Positions 18,176-27,377 of a stretch of DNA of 64,000 bases are shown here, piece by piece. Position 1 is the stretch's first letter; the number at the start of each line of letters is the position of its first letter. Made by a program: the position numbers and the translations under genes. Below the pieces are notes generated by a model. It was not told where the DNA came from, searched no databases, and worked only from the letters and a program-made list of their open reading frames with translations. Source of the stretch: Candidatus Liptonbacteria bacterium (GTDB lineage Bacteria > Patescibacteriota > Minisyncoccia > UBA6257 > 2-01-FULL-56-20); contig VGJV01000001.1 in the NCBI GenBank assembly GCA_016867315.1, positions 194,649-258,648 of the forward strand, written 5' to 3'.

Positions 18176-19450
18176 ATGCCTCTTTCGAAACGGCAACTTA
18201 TCATTATTGGAGTAGCTTTTGTGCTTGTCGTCGGCATCGGAGCTCTTTTTGTGTTCGGGGGCATGAAAAAGAAACTTCCCGAGGTGAGTTTGGTGGTGTG
18301 GGGGACGGAGAGTCCGGCCGTGTTCGAGCATCTCACTAAGCCGTACGAGAAGGTCCGCCGCAATGTGAAAATTACTTATGTAGAACTTTTGCCGGATCGA
18401 TATGAAGCCGCAATTCTCGAGGCGCTCGCGTCGGGGCAGGGGCCGGATGTGTTTATGATCGGGAATCGTGATCTTTTGTCCCAGCGCAATAAGTTGTTGC
18501 CTGCGCCGGTTACTACGTTTTCCCTAGCTCAGGTGCGGGAATTTTTCCCGACAGTCGTCGAAGATGATTTCGTGGACGGGGGATATGTGTATGCGCTCCC
18601 GCTTTCGATCGATACTTTGGCGCTTTTCTATAATAAAGATCTTTTGGATCGTGCGGCGATCACCACTCCGCCTGCTACTTGGGAAGAGTTGCTTTCAATA
18701 ATCGAACCCCTTCGCTCGATTGGCAGTCGGGGAGAACTCGGACGTGCAGCCGCGGCATTGGGGGGCACGATGCGGACGATTGTCACCGCGCCGGATATTC
18801 TCCAGCTGCTTTTTATGCAAAATGGGGTGCGGATGCTTTCGGAAGGAGGAGCGTCTGCGGCATTTGCGTCGGGAGAAGAAGTAGGGAGGGCGGTAAATGC
18901 GCTTCGATATTATTTACAATTTGCGGATGCAGGCAGTGCGGTCTATACCTGGAATGAAAGCCAGTCTCCTTCGCGCGAAGCCTTTGCAGCAGGGAAGGCG
19001 GCGATGATTCTCGACTATCAATCCATTTTGGGAGAAATGCGACGGCAGAGCCCGTTCTTGCGGATCGGAGTCGCGCCTGCGCCACAGTTAACTGCGGAGG
19101 CAATCGCGTTCCCGAAATATAAGGGGCTTACGGTATCGCGGCAGAGTTTCAAAGGAGATTGGGCATGGGATTTTGTGGTGCATGCGGCCACGAATCCCGG
19201 GGATTATCTGGTGGCTACCGGAGCGCCGCCGGCCTTGCGCAATGAAATTGCGCGGCGCTTGGGAGATCCGGAGCTCGACGTGTTCGCCCGGCAAGCTCTC
19301 ATTGCTCGATCGTGGCGGATGCCCGCGGAAAAAAATACAAACGCGATTTTTGATGAGATGCTGCGTACAGTGCTTTTGGGACAGGTACAACCCCGTATTG
19401 CGCTCGAGCGCGCGGAAGCAAAGGTGACGCAGTTATTGCAGGGCAGGTGA
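18176..19450 (+). CDS. extracellular solute-binding protein (ABC sugar-binding family), TM-anchored
   Basis: GQGPDVF, YALPLSIDTLALFYNKDLL, PPATWEEL, FAAGKAAM. Confidence 0.88.
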   Translation: MPLSKRQLIIIGVAFVLVVGIGALFVFGGMKKKLPEVSLVVWGTESPAVFEHLTKPYEKVRRNVKITYVELLPDRYEAAILEALASGQGPDVFMIGNRDLLSQRNKLLPAPVTTFSLAQVREFFPTVVEDDFVDGGYVYALPLSIDTLALFYNKDLLDRAAITTPPATWEELLSIIEPLRSIGSRGELGRAAAALGGTMRTIVTAPDILQLLFMQNGVRMLSEGGASAAFASGEEVGRAVNALRYYLQFADAGSAVYTWNESQSPSREAFAAGKAAMILDYQSILGEMRRQSPFLRIGVAPAPQLTAEAIAFPKYKGLTVSRQSFKGDWAWDFVVHAATNPGDYLVATGAPPALRNEIARRLGDPELDVFARQALIARSWRMPAEKNTNAIFDEMLRTVLLGQVQPRIALERAEAKVTQLLQGR

Positions 19451-19469
19451 TACTTATAACTTATAACTT

Positions 19470-20084
19470 ATGACTTATAACGAGGGGCGTACGAAAAGAC
19501 TCGCGATTGTCATATTAGGATTGGCCTTTTTTTCACTTGCGTACTTCGCCCACGCGCTCGATCTGAATTATCTCGGGGCGGATGCGGTGAGGGAGCAGGT
19601 GGCGGCGCATCCGAGTTGGAAAACACCTGGGGTTTATGAGGCCACGCTTGGAGGAGATTCGGTGGATTTTATTCTGACGGATTCGCCTCCGGCGCAACCC
19701 AAGTCTTCGGCGCAGACAGGCACGAATAGAGGCTTAGGATTTCCTTACTGGCCTTCGGAACTATTACCACTATTGCCTTGCACAGGAACCAACTGCGTTA
19801 ATTTTTGCCAGCTCCTTACCTTTTTCCAGCGGTTGATTTATTTTGGAATGACTTTGGCGGTGGAAATCATTGCGCCGGTGTTTCTTATCTGGGGGATGTT
19901 CATGATTCTCATATCAGCGGGATCGAGTGAACGACTCGGTCAAGGCAAGACGATACTCACTACTACTATAGTAGGGGTAGTCCTTGCGCTTGGAGCGTTT
20001 CTTATCGTGAGCACTTTGCTTTGGCTTTTGGGGAACCCAGCAAGTGGAGGAGTGAGTTGGCCTAATGTCGCCTGCGTGATTTAA
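19470..20084 (+). CDS. VirB2/TrbC-like pilin with N-terminal extension
   Basis: PCTGTNCVNFCQL followed by IWGMFMILISAGSSERLGQGKTIL two-TM pilin module. Confidence 0.75.
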   Translation: MTYNEGRTKRLAIVILGLAFFSLAYFAHALDLNYLGADAVREQVAAHPSWKTPGVYEATLGGDSVDFILTDSPPAQPKSSAQTGTNRGLGFPYWPSELLPLLPCTGTNCVNFCQLLTFFQRLIYFGMTLAVEIIAPVFLIWGMFMILISAGSSERLGQGKTILTTTIVGVVLALGAFLIVSTLLWLLGNPASGGVSWPNVACVI

Positions 20085-20091
20085 TTACCGT

Positions 20092-20442
20092 ATGTTCAAG
20101 AAAGCCCTACTTTGTTTGTTGCTGGTGTTGGGGTGGGTATCTATGGTTTCAGCCGATACGGGCAAACCGCCGAGCCGTACGTCGGTAAACTTGGTCAATC
20201 CTCTGGGGACGGATAATTTACAGGTAGCTTTGGAGCGGGCGGTCCCGCTTCTTATCGCGATTGCTGCACCTCTCGCCACCATTATGGTGCTTTATGGTGC
20301 GTTTCTCTTGATGACTTCGGCGGGTAATGAAGAGAAGATCAGTAAGGGAAGGGCGGCTATTTTTTGGGCGGCAGTTGGTTTTTTGGGAGTGCTCGTGGCG
20401 GGGTCTATCGTACCGGTGATTCGGAGCGTGTTCGGTAATTAG
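20092..20442 (+). CDS. VirB2/TrbC-like pilin
   Basis: LVNPLG, LYGAFLLMTSAGNEEKISKGRAAIFWAAVG. Confidence 0.82.
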   Translation: MFKKALLCLLLVLGWVSMVSADTGKPPSRTSVNLVNPLGTDNLQVALERAVPLLIAIAAPLATIMVLYGAFLLMTSAGNEEKISKGRAAIFWAAVGFLGVLVAGSIVPVIRSVFGN

Positions 20443-20458
20443 AATGCGGACTTTGTCT

Positions 20459-20698
20459 TTAGTGTAAATGCTTTTTTGCAAACGCGAACCCGGAACCTTG
20501 TTTTAAATATTTCTCGAAGGCGAGCGCTTTTGATTTGTCTTGAAAAGCGCAGTGCCATACCAGCTCAAAAGGCGCTTTGGTGCTTGAATAAGGTGAAGAA
20601 CCAGCATTGTGTTCTATAAGGCGCTTTTGCACATTTTCCGTGCAGCCTGTGTAATAGCTTCCGTCCTTAAGACTTTTCAGGATATAAACGCAATGCAT
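20459..20698 (-). CDS. small GIY-YIG nuclease
   Basis: CVYILKS...YYTGCT...RLIEHNAG...FEKYLKQGSG. Confidence 0.88.
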   Translation of the reverse strand: MHCVYILKSLKDGSYYTGCTENVQKRLIEHNAGSSPYSSTKAPFELVWHCAFQDKSKALAFEKYLKQGSGFAFAKKHLH

Positions 20699-20715
20699 AG
20701 AGAAATTATACTGCC

Positions 20716-20804
20716 CTACTTCGCTAAAGCTACGAAGGGCCACTGCTTCGCTTAACTTCAGTAGTATATATAGCTACTTGCACTGCGAAGCTTTAGCGAA
20801 GTAG
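20716..20804. repeat. REP-like 16-bp perfect inverted repeat upstream of GIY-YIG
   Basis: CTACTTCGCTAAAGCT (20716-20731) / AGCTTTAGCGAAGTAG (20789-20804). Confidence 0.75.
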
Positions 20805-20860
20805 TGGTTGTGGAAATCTGGAGTTGAACAATTTAGAAAAGAAGAGATATACTGAACTTA

Positions 20861-21337
20861 ATGAAAATATACCGGGGGTTGGGGGTATTTGGCGGGCTTA
20901 TTTTAGGAGGGCTGCCCTTTTTTGCATTTGCACAAACCGTCCAGCCTATCACCGTAAGGAACATTCAGGGGGTGGAGGGGCTTATCTATAAGGTGGTGGA
21001 TTGGGTATTTCTTTTCCTGATCGCGATCTCGATCCTCATGATCCTCGTCGCTGCATATTACTATATGACGGCGCAGGGGAATTCGGAGAAGGTTTCGAAG
21101 GGGCATAAAACGATTACCTGGGCGGCGGTGGGGATTATGGTAGCGCTGCTTGCGAAGGGGGTACCTGCGATTGTCAGGTCTATTTTTGCTGCTGATGGAG
21201 TTCCAGCTAATCAAGCCGGGGTGCAGACTGCTCCCCGATCCTCACCTTCTTCCCTCCCCCCTGCTCAACTCCCCGGAACGAGGCCCGCATTACCTCCTGC
21301 AGGATCATTGACTCCCGGGGCGCCGGCGGTGCAGTGA
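20861..21337 (+). CDS. VirB2/TrbC-like pilin with Pro-rich tail
   Basis: AAYYYMTAQGNSEKVSKGHKTITWAAVG. Confidence 0.82.
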   Translation: MKIYRGLGVFGGLILGGLPFFAFAQTVQPITVRNIQGVEGLIYKVVDWVFLFLIAISILMILVAAYYYMTAQGNSEKVSKGHKTITWAAVGIMVALLAKGVPAIVRSIFAADGVPANQAGVQTAPRSSPSSLPPAQLPGTRPALPPAGSLTPGAPAVQ

Positions 21338-21429
21338 GTTGAGAGAAGAGAACTCAGTATGCTACACTTCTTACGACGTATTTTCTCGAAAGGTCGAAGT
21401 GACGTGAATGAGTAAGAGAGACTAAACAC

Positions 21430-21810
21430 ATGGCGAAATTTACGAAATGGGCGGCTCCAGTGGTAAGCACGTTGCTCCCAATGATCACAATGGCACAGGG
21501 CTCGAACCCACGGCGGCCAGCGGGAGGATCTGAAGCTCCGGCTCCCATTACTACTTTGGGCGGAGCTTTCGATATTCTCTGTAACGTTTTGGGATGGATC
21601 TTCATCCTTCTTATCGTACTCGCGGTATTCTTCGTGATCGTGGCGGCATTCCGCTACTTGATGGCGGGAGGGGAGCCGGAGAAGGTGGGAGCTGCAAACC
21701 ACACGTTGATCTATGCAGCGGTCGCAGTGGTCGTTGCAATCATCGCGCGCGGTATCCCTATTATTATCGCGAACTTCTTCAACGTGGGAGTTGTAGGAAC
21801 AGTTTGTTAA
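21430..21810 (+). CDS. VirB2/TrbC-like pilin
   Basis: AAFRYLMAGGEPEKVGAANHTLIYAAVA. Confidence 0.82.
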   Translation: MAKFTKWAAPVVSTLLPMITMAQGSNPRRPAGGSEAPAPITTLGGAFDILCNVLGWIFILLIVLAVFFVIVAAFRYLMAGGEPEKVGAANHTLIYAAVAVVVAIIARGIPIIIANFFNVGVVGTVC

Positions 21811-21828
21811 TCTTGACCTTTGGCTGAT

Positions 21829-21856
21829 AAAAACCCTCCGTCATGGAGGGTTTTTG
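21829..21856 (+). terminator. intrinsic terminator
   Basis: AAAACCCTCC/GGAGGGTTTT. Confidence 0.8.
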
Positions 21857-21896
21857 TTTAGAGGAAGCTGTGGTAGATATGTAGTGGTGTAGGAAT

Positions 21897-21979
21897 GCCG
21901 GGATGGTGAAATGGGAGACACGCAGCGCTTAGAACGCTGTATCCGCAAGGATATGGAGGTTCGATTCCTCCTCCCGGCA
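21897..21979 (+). tRNA. tRNA-Leu(TAG)
   Basis: GCCGGGA/TCCCGGC; CAGCG-CTTAGAA-CGCTG; long variable arm. Confidence 0.95.
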
Positions 21980-22038
21980 CAAAAGGGGTACGGAGCGGGA
22001 CCCACAGTTGGTTATACTAGTTCAATGAATGTTTTAGG

Positions 22039-23058
22039 GTGGCGACTTTTATATGGAGTGGGTTTTTTGGCGCTTTTTTTTTGGTTCTTGGGATTGAGTT
22101 GGTGGCCCCTGGAGTTTTTACCATTACTCCCGTGGGAGAGTTGCCGCTTGAGGACTATGTAGCCATGGAAGCGGACCTGGTGCAGGTGCTCCAACAAGAA
22201 GGAGTGCGCCCTGCTCTTTTGGAACTCATTACCGCTGCTCAAGCCGACTCTCGGGTGATGAATTCGTGTCATTCTCTTGCGCATACTTTAGGGAGAGCTG
22301 CGCTCCGTTATGTGGGGGATTTTGGAGAGGCCTTCATGTATCAAGATGAGTTTTGCAATTCTGGTTTTATTCACGGCATACTCGAAGAACGATTTAGTGA
22401 TTCTTTGAATGTAGAAAAGGATATGAGAATGGCCTGCGAAAGCTCTTCGCCCAATATGTTTGAATATTGGCAGTGTCACCATGGAGTAGGACACGGGCTC
22501 ATGTTCTATTCGGAAAATGATCTTCCTGCGTCGCTCGATCTTTGTGATGCCTATTCAGTAGAAATGGCTCGATCTGCATGCAGGAACGGAGTTTTTATGG
22601 AGAACTTTAATGTAGATGGAAAGCTGCATCTATCTCAATATCTCAATCCTCACGACCCATTCGTTCCTTGTGCATCACTTCCTTATCAGGAAGAATGTTA
22701 TCTCTATGCTCCCATTTATATTTTAAGTTTGAATCGTGGAGCTTTGGAGATGGTAGTGCAATTTTGTGATCGTGCTCCTTCTCCTTTCGATGTAATGTGT
22801 GCGAGAGGAGCAGGATTCCAAATTTTGAAGCGTAATGTGCAGGAGGCCGCTTTTGTCCAGGAGTTGTGTATGCGCGCTTTTACTCAGGATCAAAGGAGTG
22901 GTTGTATCGAAGGGATGGTTAATTTTTATGTGCATCACTACGGAGGAAATACCAAGGAAGCCTTACATCTTTGTCGGGAAGTGCGCAGTCAATATTCTGC
23001 TCTCTGTCGCGCTCATGTGGATTTTCTGCGAGAGTACTACTCCTTAGAAGCTATCTAA
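22039..23058 (+). CDS. Cys/His-rich membrane-anchored protein
   Basis: N-terminal TM; CHSLAHTLG, CNSGFIHG, CHHGVGHG, CRNGVFME. Confidence 0.75.
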   Translation: MATFIWSGFFGAFFLVLGIELVAPGVFTITPVGELPLEDYVAMEADLVQVLQQEGVRPALLELITAAQADSRVMNSCHSLAHTLGRAALRYVGDFGEAFMYQDEFCNSGFIHGILEERFSDSLNVEKDMRMACESSSPNMFEYWQCHHGVGHGLMFYSENDLPASLDLCDAYSVEMARSACRNGVFMENFNVDGKLHLSQYLNPHDPFVPCASLPYQEECYLYAPIYILSLNRGALEMVVQFCDRAPSPFDVMCARGAGFQILKRNVQEAAFVQELCMRAFTQDQRSGCIEGMVNFYVHHYGGNTKEALHLCREVRSQYSALCRAHVDFLREYYSLEAI

Positions 23059-23065
23059 GAGTGTT

Positions 23066-23950
23066 TTATTTTCTTCTTCTGCCGTGAAAGGCTTTGTGCG
23101 CGTCGCGGAGTTCTTGATTCGTGAGGTGCGTGTAGATTTGCGTGGTCGAGATATTTGCATGTCCTAACAGCTCCTGTACGGAGCGGATGTCCGCCCCATT
23201 CATTAAAAGGTCGGTGGCAAAGGAATGGCGAATTTGGTGAGGGTGAATTCGCTTCGGGATCCCCGCTTCGATTGCACGTTGGGCGACCATTCGTTCGACG
23301 GCGCGGGGGGTGATCCGGCCTAAAGGGTTGCCCGTGCGGGTGAGACTTATAAAGAGGGCGGGATCTACATCACCGCGTTTTTCCAAATAATTTTTGATAG
23401 CTTTTCTTCCTTGCTCCGAAAAAAACACTACGCGCAGTTTGTCTCCTTTGCCTCGCACCGTGGTTTCGCCGCGTTCGAGATCTATCGTTCTATCGAGCGA
23501 GCAGAGTTCGGAGAGCCGGAGGCCAGTGGAGAAAAGAGTTTCCAGAATTGCGCGATCCCGGAGGCTTCTGAGAGATGTGCTTTTGGGGGCGTCTAAAAGA
23601 CGCTCAAGCTCTTTGTAATCTAATACTTCGATTTGCCGCGCTTGAGGTTTGGGGAGCTCTATTTTTTCAGGAGCGGTAACCTCATAATCCCGCTTTATTA
23701 AATATTTTAGGAAGTTGCGGATCGCGATTACGTAATAACTTTGCGTGATTTTTTTTATGTCTCTTCGGGCCAGAGTCAGGCGGAACTCCCGGATTTTGGT
23801 TTCGGTGAGGTCCCGGGGAGTTTTGGGAGTCGCGAATTTAAAAAATTCCCGTAGATGCCGCTCATAACTTTCCCGAGTCTTCGGAGAGCGATTTTTCTCG
23901 ATTTCGAGATAATTCAGATAGTCTTGAAGCAGTTTTTCGATCTCGGTCAT
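23066..23950 (-). CDS. XerC/XerD-family tyrosine recombinase
   Basis: SAM-like N-terminus, TGLRLSEL, RGKGDK, HPHQIRHSFAT, LLGHANISTTQIYTH. Confidence 0.93.
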   Translation of the reverse strand: MTEIEKLLQDYLNYLEIEKNRSPKTRESYERHLREFFKFATPKTPRDLTETKIREFRLTLARRDIKKITQSYYVIAIRNFLKYLIKRDYEVTAPEKIELPKPQARQIEVLDYKELERLLDAPKSTSLRSLRDRAILETLFSTGLRLSELCSLDRTIDLERGETTVRGKGDKLRVVFFSEQGRKAIKNYLEKRGDVDPALFISLTRTGNPLGRITPRAVERMVAQRAIEAGIPKRIHPHQIRHSFATDLLMNGADIRSVQELLGHANISTTQIYTHLTNQELRDAHKAFHGRRRK

Positions 23951-24031
23951 GGGGAGTCTGTTTGGACCCTTATATTTTACGACATTTAAGGAGAATTTGC
24001 TCTTTCCCTCGTTTTCCCGTATAATCTCCCC

Positions 24032-24298
24032 ATGCTTACGAAGCGGGTAAAAGCCCGAATTATTGGGGAGCATCAGGACCACGACAAAGATACCGGCTCT
24101 GCCACGGTGCAGGTGGCGGTACTTTCGCGGCAAATTGATGATCTCGCGACTCATTTAAAGAAACATCCTAAAGATAACCACTCTCGGCGCGGGCTTTTGA
24201 AGATGGTGAGCCAGCGGCGGAAACTTTTGGCATATCTCAAACGGCGTGAACTTTCGACGTACGAAAAAGTTATTAAGAAATTAGGTCTCAAGAAATAA
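24032..24298 (+). CDS. rpsO: 30S ribosomal protein S15
   Basis: DTGSATVQVA, HPKDNHSRRGLLKMV. Confidence 0.97.
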   Translation: MLTKRVKARIIGEHQDHDKDTGSATVQVAVLSRQIDDLATHLKKHPKDNHSRRGLLKMVSQRRKLLAYLKRRELSTYEKVIKKLGLKK

Positions 24299-24422
24299 TT
24301 AATATTTATTAAATTAACGCGAGACTCTGCCGGGAACGAGCAGGGAATACGTGAGGGCGAATAAGAAAGTTTGTTCTTCCTCACCTGTTCCTCCTTCGGC
24401 CCGAGAGCGAAGTGAACCTCTT

Positions 24423-24995
24423 ATGGCAACAACCGATCATTACTCGAACCAGCAGCGTGTGGGCATTTTCATTGATGTCCAGAATTTGTATCATTCCGCG
24501 AAAAATCTTTACCGCGGCCGGGTGAATTATCGCGAGCTCGTGCGCCACTTGGTGGGGGATCGGCAACTTATCCGCACGTTGGGATACGTGGTGCGGAGTG
24601 AAGGGATCATCGACACTTTACCTTTAAAGGCTAATCGTCCCGATGTGCCCGAAGGCGCCCATCTTTCTTCGGAGGCGGCATTTTTCGAAGCGCTCGAAAA
24701 AGCAGGAATCGAATTGCGGCTTAAAGATATTCAAGTATACGCGGGAGGCTCTAAGAAGGCAGACTGGGATGTGGGGATGGCCGTGGACGCCATTCGCATG
24801 GCCTCGTTTCTCGATGTGATCATTTTGGTAACGGGAGACGGCGATTTTATTCCCCTCGTCGATTATTTGAAATGGGGGATGGGAAGACTTGTCGAGGTCG
24901 CCGCATTTCGTCGAAGCGCATCGTCCAAGTTGCAGGAGGCAGCGGATCGGTTTATCAACGTCGAAGAAATTCCCAAAATAATCATTCGTAAATAG
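24423..24995 (+). CDS. NYN-domain (LabA/DUF88) ribonuclease-like protein
   Basis: IFIDVQNLY, KADWDVGMAVD, LVTGDGDFIP. Confidence 0.9.
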   Translation: MATTDHYSNQQRVGIFIDVQNLYHSAKNLYRGRVNYRELVRHLVGDRQLIRTLGYVVRSEGIIDTLPLKANRPDVPEGAHLSSEAAFFEALEKAGIELRLKDIQVYAGGSKKADWDVGMAVDAIRMASFLDVIILVTGDGDFIPLVDYLKWGMGRLVEVAAFRRSASSKLQEAADRFINVEEIPKIIIRK

Positions 24996-25069
24996 CTTTT
25001 AGCTTCGAGCTTTAAGCTGTAAGTAAAGAGTCAAACACTTAAACCTAAAAACTAGAACCTTAAAGCTAC
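24993..25069. repeat. inverted pair of 7-bp-period arrays
   Basis: TAGCTTT TAGCTTC GAGCTTT AAGCTGT ... CTTAAAC CTAAAAA CTAGAAC CTTAAAG CTA. Confidence 0.7.
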
Positions 25070-25073
25070 TCAT

Positions 25074-27197
25074 ATGGCACTCAACAGAAAACAATATTCT
25101 ATAGAAGTAGGAGGGAAGCCTCTCGTTTTTGAATTATCTACGCTCGCGGAGCAGGCGAATTCTTCCGTGCTTGTCCGATATGGCGACACGGTGGTCTTGG
25201 TGACTGCAGTGATGTCCAGCGAAGATCAGCCCTTGGATTACATGCCGCTTACGGTGGATTATGAGGAGCGATTTTACGCCGCAGGGAAAATTATCGGCAG
25301 CCGTTTCGTGCGCCGAGAAGGCCGACCTTCCGAAGAGGCGATTCTCGCGGGGCGGCTTGTAGACCGCACTATCCGACCTCTTTTTGATGGACGGATGCGC
25401 CGCGCGGTGCAGATCGTTGTTACCGTGTTGGCATATGACGAAGAGAATGATCCGGAATTTTTGGGGTTGATGGGAGCGTCTTTGGCACTTTCACTCTCGG
25501 ATATTCCCTGGAATGGGCCTGTGGGGGGGGTGCGTATTGCCCAAATGAGTGACCGCTTTGTGGTGAATCCGATAAACTCCGAACTCAAAGCCGTACCGAC
25601 AACGTTCGAGACGTTCGTGGCGGGTTCTCGCGGGAAGATCAATATGATCGAGCTTGGCGGAATGGAAGCTTCAGAAGCTTCAGTGCTCGACTCATTTAAG
25701 CTGGCGCAGCAAGAAATTGACCGGTTGATTGAATTCCAAGCGGGAATAGTAAAGGAAATTGGAAAATCCAAAGCTTCAGTGCATCTTGCGGAAGTCGATC
25801 CTGCAGTGCGGGCGGCGGTAGACGCTTTTCTCGCCTCTCGTCTCGAAGCGGCGGTGTATCAGCCTACGAAGATGGAGCACTACGCGAAACTCGCGGAGCT
25901 CAAGGCAGCGCTTCATGCGCATATTGCAGAGACTATACCCGACGTGCATCACAAAGTGCTCGAAGAATTATTCGACGGAGCGGTGAACGATATTGTGCAT
26001 AAAAATATTTTGGAAAAAGAAAAGCGGCCGGACGGAAGGGGTTTGGATCAGCTGCGTCAGTTGGGCGGGGAAGTGGCTCTTTTGCCGCGCACGCATGGCT
26101 CCGCACTCTTCGTACGCGGGAACACTCAGGCTTTGGCGGTGACCACGCTTGCAGCTCCCGGAGCCGAGCAGCTTATCGAAACTATGGAGACGACGGGAAA
26201 GCGGCGCTTTATGCTCCACTACAACTTCCCGCATTTTTCGGTGGGAGAAACAGGACGCATGGGGAGTCCCGGCCGACGTGAAATCGGGCATGGGAATTTG
26301 GCGCGGAAAGCCGTAGAGTCTTTGATTCCCACGGAAGAAACGTTTCCGTATACGATCCGAGTAGTGTCCGAGATCCTTTCTTCAAACGGGTCTTCGTCTA
26401 TGGCTACGGTGTGTGCCTCTATTATGTCCCTCCTCGATGCCGGAGTGCCTTTGAAAAAGATGGCCGCGGGAATCGCTATGGGGCTCATGATGGAAGATAG
26501 CAAAGAGCAAATAGCCAATGGCGCATCGCCTAAGTTTAAAGTGCTTACGGACATCCAAGGTCCCGAGGATCATCATGGAGATATGGATTTCAAAGTGGCA
26601 GGGACCGACACGGGAATTACGGCCCTTCAGATGGATGTGAAAGTGGATGGGCTCACTCTCGAAATTCTTGAGAAGGCACTTTCCCAGGCTCGCAAAGCTC
26701 GCCTCGAAATTTTAAATGTCATGCAACAGGTTATTAAAGAGCCTCGGACGGCACTTTCGCCCCACGCTCCTGCGGTCATCCCCGTGAGAATCGATCCGGA
26801 GAAGATCGGCCTTTTGATCGGACCGGGAGGCAAAACCATCAACGGCATGATTAAGAAATTCGAGTTAGCAACGATTGACGTCGAAGACGACGGCCGAGTG
26901 TTTGTGGCGGGGCCGGTGCGGGCGAATGTAGAAGCCGCAGCGGTAGAAATCCGGGCCCTTACTCGCGAAATCAAAGTGGGAGAAATTGTGGAAGGCACGG
27001 TAATAAAAATTCTCGATTTTGGAGCGATTGTGGATTTGGGAGGAGGGAAAGACGGCATGATTCACGTTTCCGAACTTAAGAATGGGTTTGTAAAAACTGT
27101 TGCCGAAGTCCTCAAGGTTGGGGACTTCGTGCGTGCGAAAGTGATTCGAGCAGAGGACGACAGAATAGGGTTGTCTTTGAAGCAGCTCCAGGGCTAG
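25074..27197 (+). CDS. pnp: polyribonucleotide nucleotidyltransferase
   Basis: RREGRPSE, RREIGHG, SNGSSSMA, GDMDFKVAG, KH and S1 domains. Confidence 0.98.
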   Translation: MALNRKQYSIEVGGKPLVFELSTLAEQANSSVLVRYGDTVVLVTAVMSSEDQPLDYMPLTVDYEERFYAAGKIIGSRFVRREGRPSEEAILAGRLVDRTIRPLFDGRMRRAVQIVVTVLAYDEENDPEFLGLMGASLALSLSDIPWNGPVGGVRIAQMSDRFVVNPINSELKAVPTTFETFVAGSRGKINMIELGGMEASEASVLDSFKLAQQEIDRLIEFQAGIVKEIGKSKASVHLAEVDPAVRAAVDAFLASRLEAAVYQPTKMEHYAKLAELKAALHAHIAETIPDVHHKVLEELFDGAVNDIVHKNILEKEKRPDGRGLDQLRQLGGEVALLPRTHGSALFVRGNTQALAVTTLAAPGAEQLIETMETTGKRRFMLHYNFPHFSVGETGRMGSPGRREIGHGNLARKAVESLIPTEETFPYTIRVVSEILSSNGSSSMATVCASIMSLLDAGVPLKKMAAGIAMGLMMEDSKEQIANGASPKFKVLTDIQGPEDHHGDMDFKVAGTDTGITALQMDVKVDGLTLEILEKALSQARKARLEILNVMQQVIKEPRTALSPHAPAVIPVRIDPEKIGLLIGPGGKTINGMIKKFELATIDVEDDGRVFVAGPVRANVEAAAVEIRALTREIKVGEIVEGTVIKILDFGAIVDLGGGKDGMIHVSELKNGFVKTVAEVLKVGDFVRAKVIRAEDDRIGLSLKQLQG

Positions 27198-27205
27198 AAT
27201 TTTCC

Positions 27206-27304
27206 GCACTTCGCAGAGTACTGCGACCCGGGTTTTTCGTTCTCGAAAATCCCTCTTACTCCCGCCGTCGCGGTCCGTACGGTCGCAGTATCACTGCGAA
27301 TTGC
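27206..27304 (-). repeat. branched structured repeat, variant copy
   Basis: TACTGCGACC/GGTCGCAGTA outer stem, inner hairpin, TC-CCGC-CGTC-GCGG-TCC motif. Confidence 0.6.
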
Positions 27305-27377
27305 TTATTCTGGAGCTACTTAAATTTGGATTTTGTGATTTGAAATTAGCCAATTTTGCCTGTGGTAAAATTGACTT

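Noticed and set aside
21897-23950. Integrative element formed by tRNA-Leu, a cargo gene and a tyrosine recombinase
   Set aside because: The recombinase looks like a housekeeping XerC/D next to rpsO; I see no duplicated tRNA 3' end (att site) and no phage or conjugation genes.
23951-24154. N-terminal extension of the Xer ORF overlapping rpsO, and similar extensions at 24351, 36758 and 55244
   Set aside because: Artefacts of first-start ORF calling; downstream ATGs match family N-termini and avoid overlaps with genes or structured elements.
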